Source of the DNA: Vermamoeba vermiformis | Taxonomy: Eukaryota | Length of the DNA stretch: 64,000 nt | Assembly: GCA_045837725.1 (NCBI GenBank) | Contig: JBEWZL010000041.1 | Location: forward strand, 1-64,000 | Direction: 5' to 3' | Part shown: positions 1-10,865 of the stretch, piece after piece | Layout of the letters: each line of letters begins with the position of its first letter | Position numbering within the stretch: position 1 is the first letter of the stretch | The notes under the pieces: model-generated | Databases searched by the model: none | Told to the model about the DNA's origin: nothing | The model's input: only the letters and a program-made list of their open reading frames with translations | Made by a program: the position numbers and the translations under genes

Positions 1-1701
1 ACTGTGGGACAAAAACATTGTTTTTCGCACTTTAACTGCTGGAAAGCGGCAAAAACAGTGTTTGGTGAAAATTAAACAGTGTATTCACTAAAACTCGTAT
101 CAAAGCCATAGAAAGGTGCCACGTTTTGTATTTGAACGCCTCTAGGTGGTACAACATACAGCACCAAAGAAAACGAGCGTGTGTGTTCGTGGCACGTCGA
201 TCAGCCGAAGAATATTTTATCTGATCATTAATAGAAGCAAGGTTAGCACGAAAGCACCTGGATAATTATAATCGTTTATTTAAACATGTAAGCTAAATTA
301 TTTGATTTTATTGTTTTAATTAAAAAAAGGAACTCAAAACGAAGGAAAATTCGACTGTTTACCCGCGATAAATTACTAGTAATTCATTATCGTCATTATG
401 CTCAAATTTGTGTATAGAGTACCTCATTTGCCCTCACAAGTTACCTTAAAAAGGCGTGGACGTTCTAAATTTTGTATTTCGAGTACGTAAGTCGTATCAA
501 GAGCGGAGGCAATCATATATTAGTATAATATTGATATAACATTAATACTACTATTTTTGGCAGAAGCTGCAAGTCTTTCATTATCGCAGATCTGCGAGAA
601 GTGCGACAATCAATTAAGGAGAGAACTCTGAACTTTTTTGTGAACTTACACCACAAAACCACGTGCCTACGAACTTTAAAGTACGTAATTGCAATTTTAT
701 TTAAAATCCTTATAATGCGTATCGTGCACTATGTAGTACGTCGACGCTATGATTAGCTATTAAATCTATATCAATAGGATAGACTACAAAGGTGGCGTAC
801 AGCAGGCGCAGTCACTTCGATGCCAATCACCCGAGGTACGTACCTGTTACCGCAACGACGTTGCACTGACACGTATCACATGTCAGCTTGCATTTGGACT
901 GACTGGTGCTGTCAGCTAAGTCGTGCATCATGACACTGCCGCAAGATGACAATGCAGGTCTGGCTCCCTCTGACGACTTGCAGATTTGAACAGCTGGGAT
1001 AACTTCAAGTACGGTGAACACAAAGAGGCTCACGAGTATGATGGCTGTATCACTAGCAAGCTCTCTGCACACAGCTCATTCAAGGTCGTTGCTGCTATGC
1101 ACCTCTACTTGAAAATGGGCCGAAGAAGAGATCTACCACACAAAGACAAGTAAGAATGTCTTATTTCCATTCAAGATCAAGGAATAATTGATCTACCGTG
1201 TATTTTAAGGTTCTTGAAGAGGTACCTCGAGATCCCTAAGCTGGCTACTAACAGCGACTGCTGCGTCACGCAATAGAACGAGCACTACGGTTAGCTCAGC
1301 AACACCAGTTTATTCAGTAAGCAGATTCGAAATTCACCTGCTTACGTTCTAACACTTAAACTGCTAGTGAGAACTATGGAAGCCTCAATATTTAGCTCCG
1401 CACTGGTGACAGAACGATTTCTTGCTGAGGTCCGCACCACTCCCTTTGTTGCAGTTGAAGGGACCAACAATACACCATCTCACACTGCCGAAGGACGCAG
1501 CACAGTCTCGATCTCAGACGATGACTTTGTGTCACTCCGCTTGACTAAGGAGTAGTTTGGAACACTCAATGTACTAGCGAATTAATAAATACTTTCAAAT
1601 CAAGCGCACCGTAGATGTTTAGTATACAAAACGTTGTTTTTTTGCCAGCGAAACCGCGGCAGGAAACGCGTGGAAAAAAACAGCGTTTTGTTTCCACAGT
1701 G
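1..1701. mobile_element. Putative non-autonomous DNA transposon with imperfect ~80 bp terminal inverted repeats (CAC-type termini; CMC/Transib-like)
   Basis: The left end actgtgggacaaaaacattgtttttcgcac...ggcaaaaacagtgtttgg aligns with the reverse complement of the right end, cactgtggaaacaaaacgctgtttttttccac...ggcaaaaaaacaacgttttg (1617-1701). The first C would fall at position 0, outside the window. The interior has only short stop-interrupted frames and no recognisable transposase. Confidence 0.6.
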
Positions 1702-2604
1702 TTCAAAGAGCTTTTATAACGGATCTTTAAGCGCTTGTCGAGGAGGAGCGCATAATTTGTAAAGAAATATATAACAATTTAATATGACTTACTTGGTTTC
1801 GTTATCGCGGGCAAACGACTTTGAAAGGGAATACGCCGAAAGAGATAAAAGAACCGGATCTGCACCCCAATCGCGAAGAGCATAGCGAGCAATATTTGAT
1901 GAAGCACTAAAATGAATTAAATTACTGTTTATACTATATCTTATCATAATCACGAAACACATTCGCCACCAAAAAAAAAATGTCAGATGTCACTAGATCA
2001 TCCTATCGATTAACAAAAAAATCTGTTCGTGTATCTTATTATTGTTTCTATAAATTTATTATTGTATTAAATTTAGAATGTATACTGACCTGGATGAAGC
2101 ATAATACAAGTAAGTGTCATCCGCCACAACGCCAAACACTCCTTTCAAAGCTGAAGCTAATTTTGGGTTTGTTACGTGTTGTTGATTATTAAGAATATTT
2201 AATGTATCAAAATCATAAGCTGCTAGTTTCGGATTTGACGACTCTCCATCCGCAACAATTATTCTGGACCATACTGGGTCATAATAAGGCGCTGTCGGTG
2301 TAAATGTGCCTGTGTCAAATGCTTTAATTCTAACGCTGCCATTATCTCCCGCATTGAAGCCAGTTGAATTGAGCCAGTTTCTTGATGCAAGATCAAACAC
2401 GACAAATCCGCTCTTTGTTGTTAAAATTAACGTGTCGTCTTGTACGTAAGAGCTAGAAAATGCACCAATTTGTGAATACGTCGTAGAATCAAATATATAG
2501 GACCCTGCATAAGCTGAACTCGTCGTCAAAACTTGACCGATCGTTGGCAAGATCAACAAGCAAGGTATTAATATAAATACAAAATAGCTACTATTGAATA
2601 CCAT
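1702..2604 (-). pseudogene. Secreted protein gene (signal peptide, beta-rich), 3' part truncated at the TIR element
   Basis: ATG at 2604 with a hydrophobic signal (MVFNSSYFVFILIPCLLILPTIG). Exon 1 ends at a gtcagt donor near 2089. Exon 2 (~1793-1906, ASSNIARYALRDWGADPVLLSL...) has a ttag acceptor and a gtaagt donor. The next putative exon runs into the element at 1701. Confidence 0.5.
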
Positions 2605-2794
2605 TGTGGTGCAGTCAAAGCTAATAAAATAAATGCTCGCTCTGCACAAAATCACTTGTGAACCAGTTTGTTCTAGAAAGTGCGGGCTGATTTTATTTTT
2701 GTTCGTGTTTTAACCAAGCCACTACACAACCATAATATGACATGAAAGTATATCGTGCGAATGTGTAGCTCATTTTAATTTTTCTATTTTTTAG

Positions 2795-4606
2795 GTTTTC
2801 TTTGTCCGCTTTTAATGCAGATTTGTGGACGGAAGTACTAAAACATGTCGATGTCGCAAGCAGAACTCGTTTACGACAAATTAACAAACAATTTTATAAA
2901 TTTATATTTGGCTCTGGTGACGTAGAATGGCGAAACCGAGTCAGATCAATATTACCAGCAAACAATCAACCGCTTACACCCGAGAAGTTACAGCAACTGC
3001 ATCATTTTGAAAAATTTCAGAAGGAAGCCAATTTAAAACGAGTCTCCTACTTCGATCTAACCCAAAACTTTACGGATGTGTCCCCAGACGGTCTGGATGT
3101 GACAAATTTAAAATGGCATGGCGAAGCTAAGTGCCTGGTTTTCAGCACTGTCGCAGAGGATACAATACAACTCTCCTTGATAGACATTGAAGTCGGAAAT
3201 ATTGTGGCTCGAGATACGTTCGAAGATTTTCGTGCCTATTTAATAGACACTTCAAGTAAGTGTCGTTTTTTTGGCTATGTCGTAGTCCTTATTATTCTTT
3301 AAACTAGGAAAGGAGATTATTATCTGGTTTGGAAAGAAGATTATTGTTTGGAATAAACAAGGCGAAACAGTCTTCTGCATTAACCAAGGAAAATACAAGC
3401 CAATAGGATTTGTTTATAGTTTAGGTAAGAAAAATTGCCACAGATACACAAGCATATGTGCAGTTTAGGATCTAAATTGATTATTTTTAGGGTTTAACAA
3501 TACGTACATGAACATATTGCCTGACAGCATTGAATTATTTGGAGTAACAAAAGAAGAGGGATTTGTGCTAGTGAAGAGAATAATGACCAAATGTGACAAC
3601 AAACCTGTCGAACTGGCCAACAGAGATTCTGATTCTGACAATGATATGGAATATCATTTTGATTGTGTGGACCATTATCTTTACAACTGTTTTCAACTTT
3701 CTGCACAGCAGTAAGTATTATTTGCCAATCTTTGCATTTGACTGTTTTTTACTCTGACCCCAGTCACAGAATAAAGGTTCAAGAAATTAATTTACAAACA
3801 CATGGAATCAGAGAATTCGAGTTACACACAACTCGTGCATTATCCTGCACTCAAGTATTCAAAAAAGATGAACAGAAGTACCTTCTCTTATCAAAAGGTC
3901 AGGTAAACGTACAAAACCCTGTTTTCTAACAAATTGTCACAGGATTATTGTACAACATCACCACTCAACCGTCATTATGCTTTTCAATTGAAGTTGGCAT
4001 GTCTTTTGTATCTGAAGATTTTTGCTATTATGTAGAATGCATTCCTGCAGGTACAACTCAAACAAACAAAACTTAAATTAACTATTGTTGTAACAGAAAA
4101 AAGCAAGGATACAAGTGCCAAGGTTTACGACTTAACATCTGGTGAATTACTATCGCATATACCCTCTCTTGATCTACATGGAGTGAAGGGTCATTGTTGG
4201 CTTGGTTCAAGTCTATTTCTTCATAACAATGCACGGCTACAGGTAACCTAGCAAACTCAAGGGCTGTTTTCCAGTTCGTTAACATCTTTATTTGAGGATT
4301 ATCATGCACCATCTACGACCAATATATCAACACTGCACTCTGATACGAGACAAATGTGGTCTCAAATGTCCCATTATCCAGAGTCCAACATAATCAGCCT
4401 TTTGCAAGTCAACCACCGCAGAAAACCATGTGGAATTTTAACAATGTTTGTTTGACAAAAAGTTGTTTGGGTCACTGTGATACACTGGTCTGCAACATGT
4501 GACATTGCTCAGAGTTTTGTCAAGGAAAGAACAAAATCAAAAAGAACAAAAAGAATTGACTGCAGAGAGGGTGGATTATGATTTATTCAAAGCTACTATT
4601 ACATGA
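2795..4606 (+). CDS. F-box domain protein, multi-exon; 3' exons may be degenerate
   Basis: FNADLWTEVLKHVDVASRTRLRQINKQF is F-box-like. Several GT-AG introns follow. The first exon and the true stop are uncertain. Confidence 0.5.
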
Positions 4607-4624
4607 CTTGTGTAAGTTCTGGAA

Positions 4625-5617
4625 CTACATGAGTTTCCATTCTGTGTATGCAACTAAGAAATTCTTTTTCAGCGGTTGGGGATAGTTTTCTATGTTTTGC
4701 AACACAGCACTCTTGTTTATTCGTGAGTCATTTAATAATAGCATTATTACTGCTTGCTGGTCTGCTAAACATGCGTTGTATAGTGCTTTGCCACCATTGG
4801 GTTCCAATTGTAATGTGCTGTCATTTAACAACTCTTGTACATGAGCAGGATCTCGTGCTTCCCTGCAGGCATATTCAAGATCTGCCAATGTTTGCGGCAT
4901 TTTTTTAATCTCAAGCAATCTTTGTATGATATTTGGGAAATCTCCAACCAGTGGCAAATCCAATGATCGAGCAAGGGGAATAACACTTGGTTGTTCTAAC
5001 AATAAAGTAATTCCTTCCTCCCAGTCACCTTGCACTGCCATTTGTAGTGCACATTCCACTGGGTAGCATCTACTGAGCTCACTTCCATACTCAACAATTG
5101 GAGCTGTTAAATCTATTTGATGATGATTTATGAGTGTTTTTAATTTGTTCAGTTGTTGTTCTTTCAAGGTTATTCGAAGTGTTTGGTTAAAATTGGCTGC
5201 TGGATCTAACAAATTGCTTTCGAGTATAAATTGAAAAATGTTATCGCTTCCATATCCTGCTGCATATGATAATATGGAAAGTCTCTCCGTTATACCATCA
5301 AAACAATCTTCTTCAATGGTGAGGTTTGGGTTGAAATTGAGGAATATTTTAATAATTGATAAATAATCTTCTTGAATTGCGCACTCCATAGCTAGTATTA
5401 AATATTTCTCGGTAACGTTACTTCGTTTCAATATTGTGTCTACTATCGTTGGATTATTGGATCGTGTATAATTAACCAGGAGTTCGTCATTATTGGAATA
5501 ATTATTACATATAATAAAATTAATAGCACGCCAATTGTAATACTTGTTTACATTTAAAAATACTAGAGGAGAAAACGGAAGAATAGTTTCCATCACATCC
5601 GCCGGTAGAATAGACAT
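4625..5617 (-). CDS. Intronless ankyrin-repeat protein with N-terminal F-box-like motif (330 aa)
   Basis: N-terminus MSILPADVMETILPFSPLVFLNVNKYY. Ankyrin-like units include LSYAAGYGSDNIFQFILE, ALQMAVQGDWEEGITLLLE and ALYNACLADQQAVIMLLLND. Confidence 0.75.
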   Translation of the reverse strand: MSILPADVMETILPFSPLVFLNVNKYYNWRAINFIICNNYSNNDELLVNYTRSNNPTIVDTILKRSNVTEKYLILAMECAIQEDYLSIIKIFLNFNPNLTIEEDCFDGITERLSILSYAAGYGSDNIFQFILESNLLDPAANFNQTLRITLKEQQLNKLKTLINHHQIDLTAPIVEYGSELSRCYPVECALQMAVQGDWEEGITLLLEQPSVIPLARSLDLPLVGDFPNIIQRLLEIKKMPQTLADLEYACREARDPAHVQELLNDSTLQLEPNGGKALYNACLADQQAVIMLLLNDSRINKSAVLQNIENYPQPLKKNFLVAYTEWKLM

Positions 5618-5730
5618 TTGTTGCCGTGTTGCTCTGTTGCTATTTAGTTGAAGAATAAATTAATTTAATTTTCGGCTATTACCCGCTGCCGCTTTTTCTT
5701 CCGATTTTTGTGATCTTGAAACACAACAAA

Positions 5731-6677
5731 ATGGAGAGCAATAAACAAGCAGAATATGATCGCAAAGATCGAAAGCGGCTAAATTCAACGATAAACAAAG
5801 TCGACAAATTCATAGCAAGTCTTTCAACGATCTTGATTTTTCAGTGCAACAATGTGGGCTCATTTCAATTGCAACGAATACGAAAATTGTTAAGAGGAGA
5901 AGCTGAAATCGTGCGTGGCAAAGTCGTAAGTAAATTGAAACGCTCGATCTTGTGAAACCTTTAAGAAAAATTAAATGTAACTCTGTATTATTGAGTAATG
6001 CATATTCATACAGCCGAAATGTTAGTATTCTTATTATTCGTAATTTTAAAATTAATTAATAATTTTAGACTCACCTACGAACGGCAATTCAACACCAACT
6101 TGCAGCACATCCAGAACTTAAACCGTTACTTAAGCATATTAAAGGCGAAGTAGGCCTCGTATTTACTAATATGGATATATGGTACATTAAGGATAAGCTA
6201 GAAGCTGAAGCAGTCCAATGTGAAGCGAAGTTGCATTCTCGCGCACCAACAGACATTATCGTTCCAATGGGCGAAACGGATCTAAACCCAGGTCAAACTG
6301 GCTATTTTGCAGCACTAAATATACCAACTAAAATAATGAAGGGCAAGATATATTTTATTCGCGACAATCTCTTGTTCAAGAAAGGCGATCTGATCACTGG
6401 ATCCGCTTACAACCTACTATGCAATTTGAAATTCAAACCAATCACGAAACGAGTAACAGTATCACATGCATATATTAATGGCGTTATAATTGATGAAAAA
6501 ACGCTCAATGAAGTGCCACAACGGCTCGACAAGTCGCTACACGATGGCATCCACTACGTCGCATCGATTTCAGTCGCAATAGGCGCAGCGAATAGGTCAT
6601 CGATGATGTATATACTTCATAGTGGATTGATGAACGTTAAAGCCGTGTCGATTGCACTAACGGATCCGTCCACCTGA
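5731..6677 (+). CDS. Divergent, C-terminally truncated ribosomal protein uL10/P0-like paralog 1 (267 aa)
   Basis: Exons 5731-5925 and 6069-6677. NNVGSFQLQRIRKLLRGEAEIVRGK, LKPLLKHIKGEVGLVFT, YFAALNIPTKIMKGKI and GIHYVASISVAIG align with eukaryotic P0. No acidic C-terminal tail. Confidence 0.85.
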
Positions 6678-6851
6678 TCCAAATAAATCCCGCGTTAATG
6701 ATCGAGTTAGAAAATGCATGATTTTACTCTAATTGATTAAAATATTTAATAGGTTCCAATTATGAGCCACGTGGCTGATTAGACAAAGTGTGATTCGCCC
6801 CTGGTCTCGAGAAAAAATCAGAAAAAAGGTTAGAATTTACGAATAATCACG

Positions 6852-7828
6852 ATGGAGAGCAACAAACAAGCAGAATATGATCGAAAAGATCGCGAGCGAT
6901 TGAAAAAAGCAATTGACAAAGTTGAAAAATTGATACAAAGTAATTCAACAATCCTTATTCTTCAATGTAGTTTAGTAAGCTCATTTCATCTCCAAAAAAT
7001 ACGAAAAATACTTAGAGGAGAAGCAGATATCGTTCGAGGCAAAGTCGTAAGTGACAGTTTTGTCGCGATCTAAATTAAAATTCAGATTCTGTTTTGAATT
7101 TAATGAAGCGTGGCTTTATTTAATTAATTAGAGATATAACTACGTTTTATTGTTCTTAAATATTCTCAGAAATTAATTAAATTTATTAGGCGCATTTACG
7201 AACGGCAATTCAACACCAACTTTCAGCACATCCAAAACTCAAACCGTTACTCCAATATATTCGAGGCGAAATAGGCCTATTATTCACTAATATGGACATA
7301 TTGTATATCAAGAAGAAGATAGAAAGTGAAATAACATTTACTGGAGCAAGATTTAATTCTCGTGCAACCAATGACATTATAATTCCTGAAGGGCTAACGA
7401 TTCTAAACGCAGGAGCCGATTACTCTTTTTCGATACTCAATATACCAACAAAGGTATTACGAGAAAAAATATATATTTGTAATGATTGTCTTCTCTACAA
7501 GAAAGGCGATCCGATAGACATGTACGGATTCAAACTTTTACGCGGTTTGATGATGAAACCGATCATTACACAAGTCAAAGTACTATACGCATATTACAAC
7601 GGACGTATAGACGATGAAAAAACCCTCAATGAAGCACAACAAAGGGTTGACAAGTCGTTACACGATGGCATCCAGAACGTTGCATCAATTTCAGTCGCAA
7701 TTGGCGCAGCGAATAAGTCATCAATGATGTATATACTTCATAGTGGATTAAGAAACGTACGAGCTGTGTCACTCGGAATGGAAGAGCCGCGTACCGAATT
7801 ATTTTCTAACCAATCCGTTGAAAAATAA
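6852..7828 (+). CDS. Divergent, truncated uL10/P0-like paralog 2 (277 aa)
   Basis: Exons 6852-7046 and 7190-7828. Same intron position and P0 motifs as paralog 1. Confidence 0.85.
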
Positions 7829-7976
7829 ATCTATAACCGCAAAATGCTCTTTCGATATTCAAAATAATCCTAATTTACCATTTACGCGCTTAAATTAGCA
7901 TCGTTTGTTGTGGCATGGAATTAGTTGAGAAAATAACTGCCTGAAAAAGATTTTACTTTTTTGACTCAATACCACA

Positions 7977-8920
7977 ATGGAGAACGATATCAACGCAGAA
8001 CTTGAACGAAAAGATAAAGAACGATTGGATGCAGCAATTAAGAAAATTGATAAATTGCTACCTAGTCTTTCAAATATTTTGATTATTCACTGCAGCGATA
8101 TTGGTTCATTTCAAATGCAAAAAATACGAAAATTATTAAGAGGAAAAGCTGAAATAGTGCGAGGCAAAGTCGTAAGTTTATAACGAATTCTGATCGAGCT
8201 CGAAATATTAAATTTTCTTTTAATTCGAAGACTTTTATCAAGCTCCTTTAAGCCCCTTACCCTATTAAATTTAATAATTTTATTTAAATATTTTAGTCAC
8301 ACCTACGAACGGCAATTCGACGCCACCTTTCAGCACATCCGGAACTTAAACCGTTACTCCAACACATTAAAGGCGAAATTGGCTTAGTATTTACTAATAT
8401 GGACGTATTCTATATTAAAAACAAGATCGAATCTGAAACAGTCGCCAGCGAAGCTAAACCAAAATCACATGCACCATGCGACATAATAATTCCTGGTGGA
8501 GAAACGGTTCTGGATCCGGCCAAGACAACATTTTTCCAAGCATTAGGCGTGAATACGAAGATTATGAAAGGCTTAATTTATATAACGAGCGATTACACGC
8601 TTTTCAAAAAGGGTGATCTGATCACTGCATCCGCTACTAAACTATTACAACTCTTGAATATGAAACCAATCACTAAACAAGTCAAAGTACTATACGCATA
8701 TGTTAATGGCACTATACTCGACGAAAAAATTCTTGGTGAAGCACAACAACAGCTCGACAAGTCGTTACACGATGGCATCCGAAACATTGCATCAATTTCA
8801 GTCGCAATAGGCGCAGCAAATAAGTCATCAATGATGTATATACTTCATAGTGGATTGAGAAACGTACGAGCTGTATCACTCGGAATGGAAGAGCCGCGTA
8901 CCGAAGAACTAAAACAATAA
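7977..8920 (+). CDS. Divergent, truncated uL10/P0-like paralog 3 (272 aa)
   Basis: Exons 7977-8171 and 8297-8920. LDPAKTTFFQALGVNTKIMKG and KKGDLITASATKLLQLLNMKP are closest to canonical P0. Confidence 0.88.
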
Positions 8921-9157
8921 TTGTTTCGTGCATCTGACTGTATTAAACTAACCATTATTCCTTTTATGTCATATGACTTAATTCCTCGCCAGAAATTTGG
9001 TCAGACTCCATAATGTCATTTCCTGCGGATTAGCAAACCCGAAGTACTCCGTACTTGCAAAAGAATGGAAGAAGCAGAGAATTGGAGTTTCATGTTAAAC
9101 GCCCTTTAAACCGATGAAAACATTGAACTGAAGGTAAACCAATGTTCAAAATTAATT

Positions 9158-10720
9158 TTATTTCTTTTCAAGTGCCATTTTTCTGCCGAGTTCGGTCAAC
9201 AAGCCTTCGTCGTCAAGAGCACCTAACTCGTGTAGCGTGTGAAGTTCAGATAGCAAGTTCGTCTCGTTAGGCGCATCAATGAAGTCAAAATCGAGGAAAT
9301 CGTTGACGCCTACAGCTTTCAAAATCAAAACTGCAAGAGTCAAGTTGACACGCTGGATCTCGAACACCGGAGATTCAACCAGTTCGTTCTGATACGCTGA
9401 GCCTGTATATAATCGATAACACTCGCCAGGTCCTTTACGACCAGCACGGCTGGCTCGCTGTATAGCCGTGGCCTTGCTGACGGGGGCAACGAGAAGTTCG
9501 TCTTTCTGAGTCAGCGAGTTGTAGACCTTGTGTTTGACGAAGCCTGAATCCACTACGTATGATATTCCGTCGATTAAAACTGATGACTCTGATGCACTGG
9601 CGGCAAGCACAACCTTTCTGGATCCATGCGGGGCTGGTTTGAATATATCGGGCTGCATTTCCAACGGCAGTAATGAGTGGATTGGCAAGATGGTGAGTTC
9701 GGGAATATTTTCTCCTAGAGCCTTTGCACGTTGCGCTAAACTCTGAGATGCTGTATCGACTTCTTTTTGATCAGCTAAGAAGACTAGAATATCACCTGGT
9801 GGCCGCGTCAAATGGATCTGAAGAACGGTGATCAATGACGCTTCAACCGGGTTCTCTTCTGGCTCTTTGGTATAAAATATATTTACAGGAAATGCTCTTC
9901 CAGGAATAGCGAACATTGGGCTCGAGTCGAAGTACTTTGAGAATTTTTCTGCTGCACCTGTCGTTGTGGATGTGATAATCAACTTCAAGTCTGTGCGCTT
10001 AGTACAAACTCGCTTCATCAGTCCGAACAATATATCCGTATTAATCGTACGCTCTTGTGCTTCATCAAGGATAACAACGCTGTACTGTTTGAGATCTGGA
10101 TCCACCAAAAATTCTCGGAGAAGCACTCTGTCAGTCACGTACTTGATCTTGGTTTGATCTGATGTGCAATCTTCTAATCGTATTGAATAGCCTACTTCTT
10201 CTCCAAGACGGCAGCCATATTCTTCGGCGACACGATTGGCTGATGACACCGCAGAGATACAACGAGGTTGCGTGCAAGCGATTTTGCCGAATGAAGTGTA
10301 GCCAGCCTCTGCCAAGTACTGTGTGAGCTGAGTGGTCTTGCCGGACCCAACTTCACCGAAAAGGATCAAGATCTGGTTCTCTTGAACGGCTTTGAGGAGG
10401 TCTTCTTTGAAGCGAAAGATTGGTAACGACTCCTGGTGTTCTTTAAATGATTTTTGTGGTGCTAATGGTTCTTCTTCTGGTTTTAAGATAGCTTTCAGAT
10501 GATTGACAAGTTGAAGAAGATTTTTTGAATATTGTTCTGAAAAATCGAATCCGTGCTCTACTAATGCTGTTTGGAACTGTTCTATCGCTGAATTTTGCTC
10601 AGCCAAATTAATAAGTAATTCTGCTTTGCTCTTGTCTCCAAAGCCCAACTGATTCTCCAGTTCTTCGAAGATCGCTGACACGAGAGACACCTGCCGAATC
10701 TTTTGGACTGTCTCCATCAT
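9158..10720 (-). CDS. Intronless Prp22/DHX8-derived DEAH-box helicase-like protein, internally deleted and C-terminally truncated (520 aa)
   Basis: DHX8-type N-terminus ([19 protein letters not shown]) is followed directly by the helicase core: [56 protein letters not shown]. It ends at [10 protein letters not shown]. Confidence 0.85.
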   Translation of the reverse strand: MMETVQKIRQVSLVSAIFEELENQLGFGDKSKAELLINLAEQNSAIEQFQTALVEHGFDFSEQYSKNLLQLVNHLKAILKPEEEPLAPQKSFKEHQESLPIFRFKEDLLKAVQENQILILFGEVGSGKTTQLTQYLAEAGYTSFGKIACTQPRCISAVSSANRVAEEYGCRLGEEVGYSIRLEDCTSDQTKIKYVTDRVLLREFLVDPDLKQYSVVILDEAQERTINTDILFGLMKRVCTKRTDLKLIITSTTTGAAEKFSKYFDSSPMFAIPGRAFPVNIFYTKEPEENPVEASLITVLQIHLTRPPGDILVFLADQKEVDTASQSLAQRAKALGENIPELTILPIHSLLPLEMQPDIFKPAPHGSRKVVLAASASESSVLIDGISYVVDSGFVKHKVYNSLTQKDELLVAPVSKATAIQRASRAGRKGPGECYRLYTGSAYQNELVESPVFEIQRVNLTLAVLILKAVGVNDFLDFDFIDAPNETNLLSELHTLHELGALDDEGLLTELGRKMALEKK

Positions 10721-10865
10721 TAATTCATATAATAACTAATGTGGTGTTGATGGTAAGGATTTGAGCGCCATGAGCAAGCAGAATTCAGGAATTTATTTTA
10801 ACGTGTCGCCTGATTGTTCTGTGCGCATTCAAAAACAAATGTCAAAATAATTATTTGCGCTAGCT

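Noticed and set aside
1-20. V(D)J RSS or RAG transposon, suggested by the heptamer plus ACAAAAAC
   Set aside because: The heptamer reads CACTGTG inward, the nonamer-like word is only 2 bp away rather than 12/23 bp, and no RAG1/Transib coding sequence is visible.
827-1555. ORFs 827-1072 and 1367-1555 as a transposase or Fanzor/TnpB
   Set aside because: Short, with no DDE, RuvC or zinc-ribbon motifs recognised; surrounding frames contain stops.
4625-5617. Endogenous giant-virus fragment
   Set aside because: Intronless ankyrin/F-box genes are common in both amoebae and their viruses, and no viral hallmark gene is present in the window.
5731-8920. Mrt4 (ribosome assembly factor) identity
   Set aside because: The copies retain the P0-type helical segment after domain II and the P0-like FFQALG..TKI motif. 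Phylogeny is still needed to be certain.
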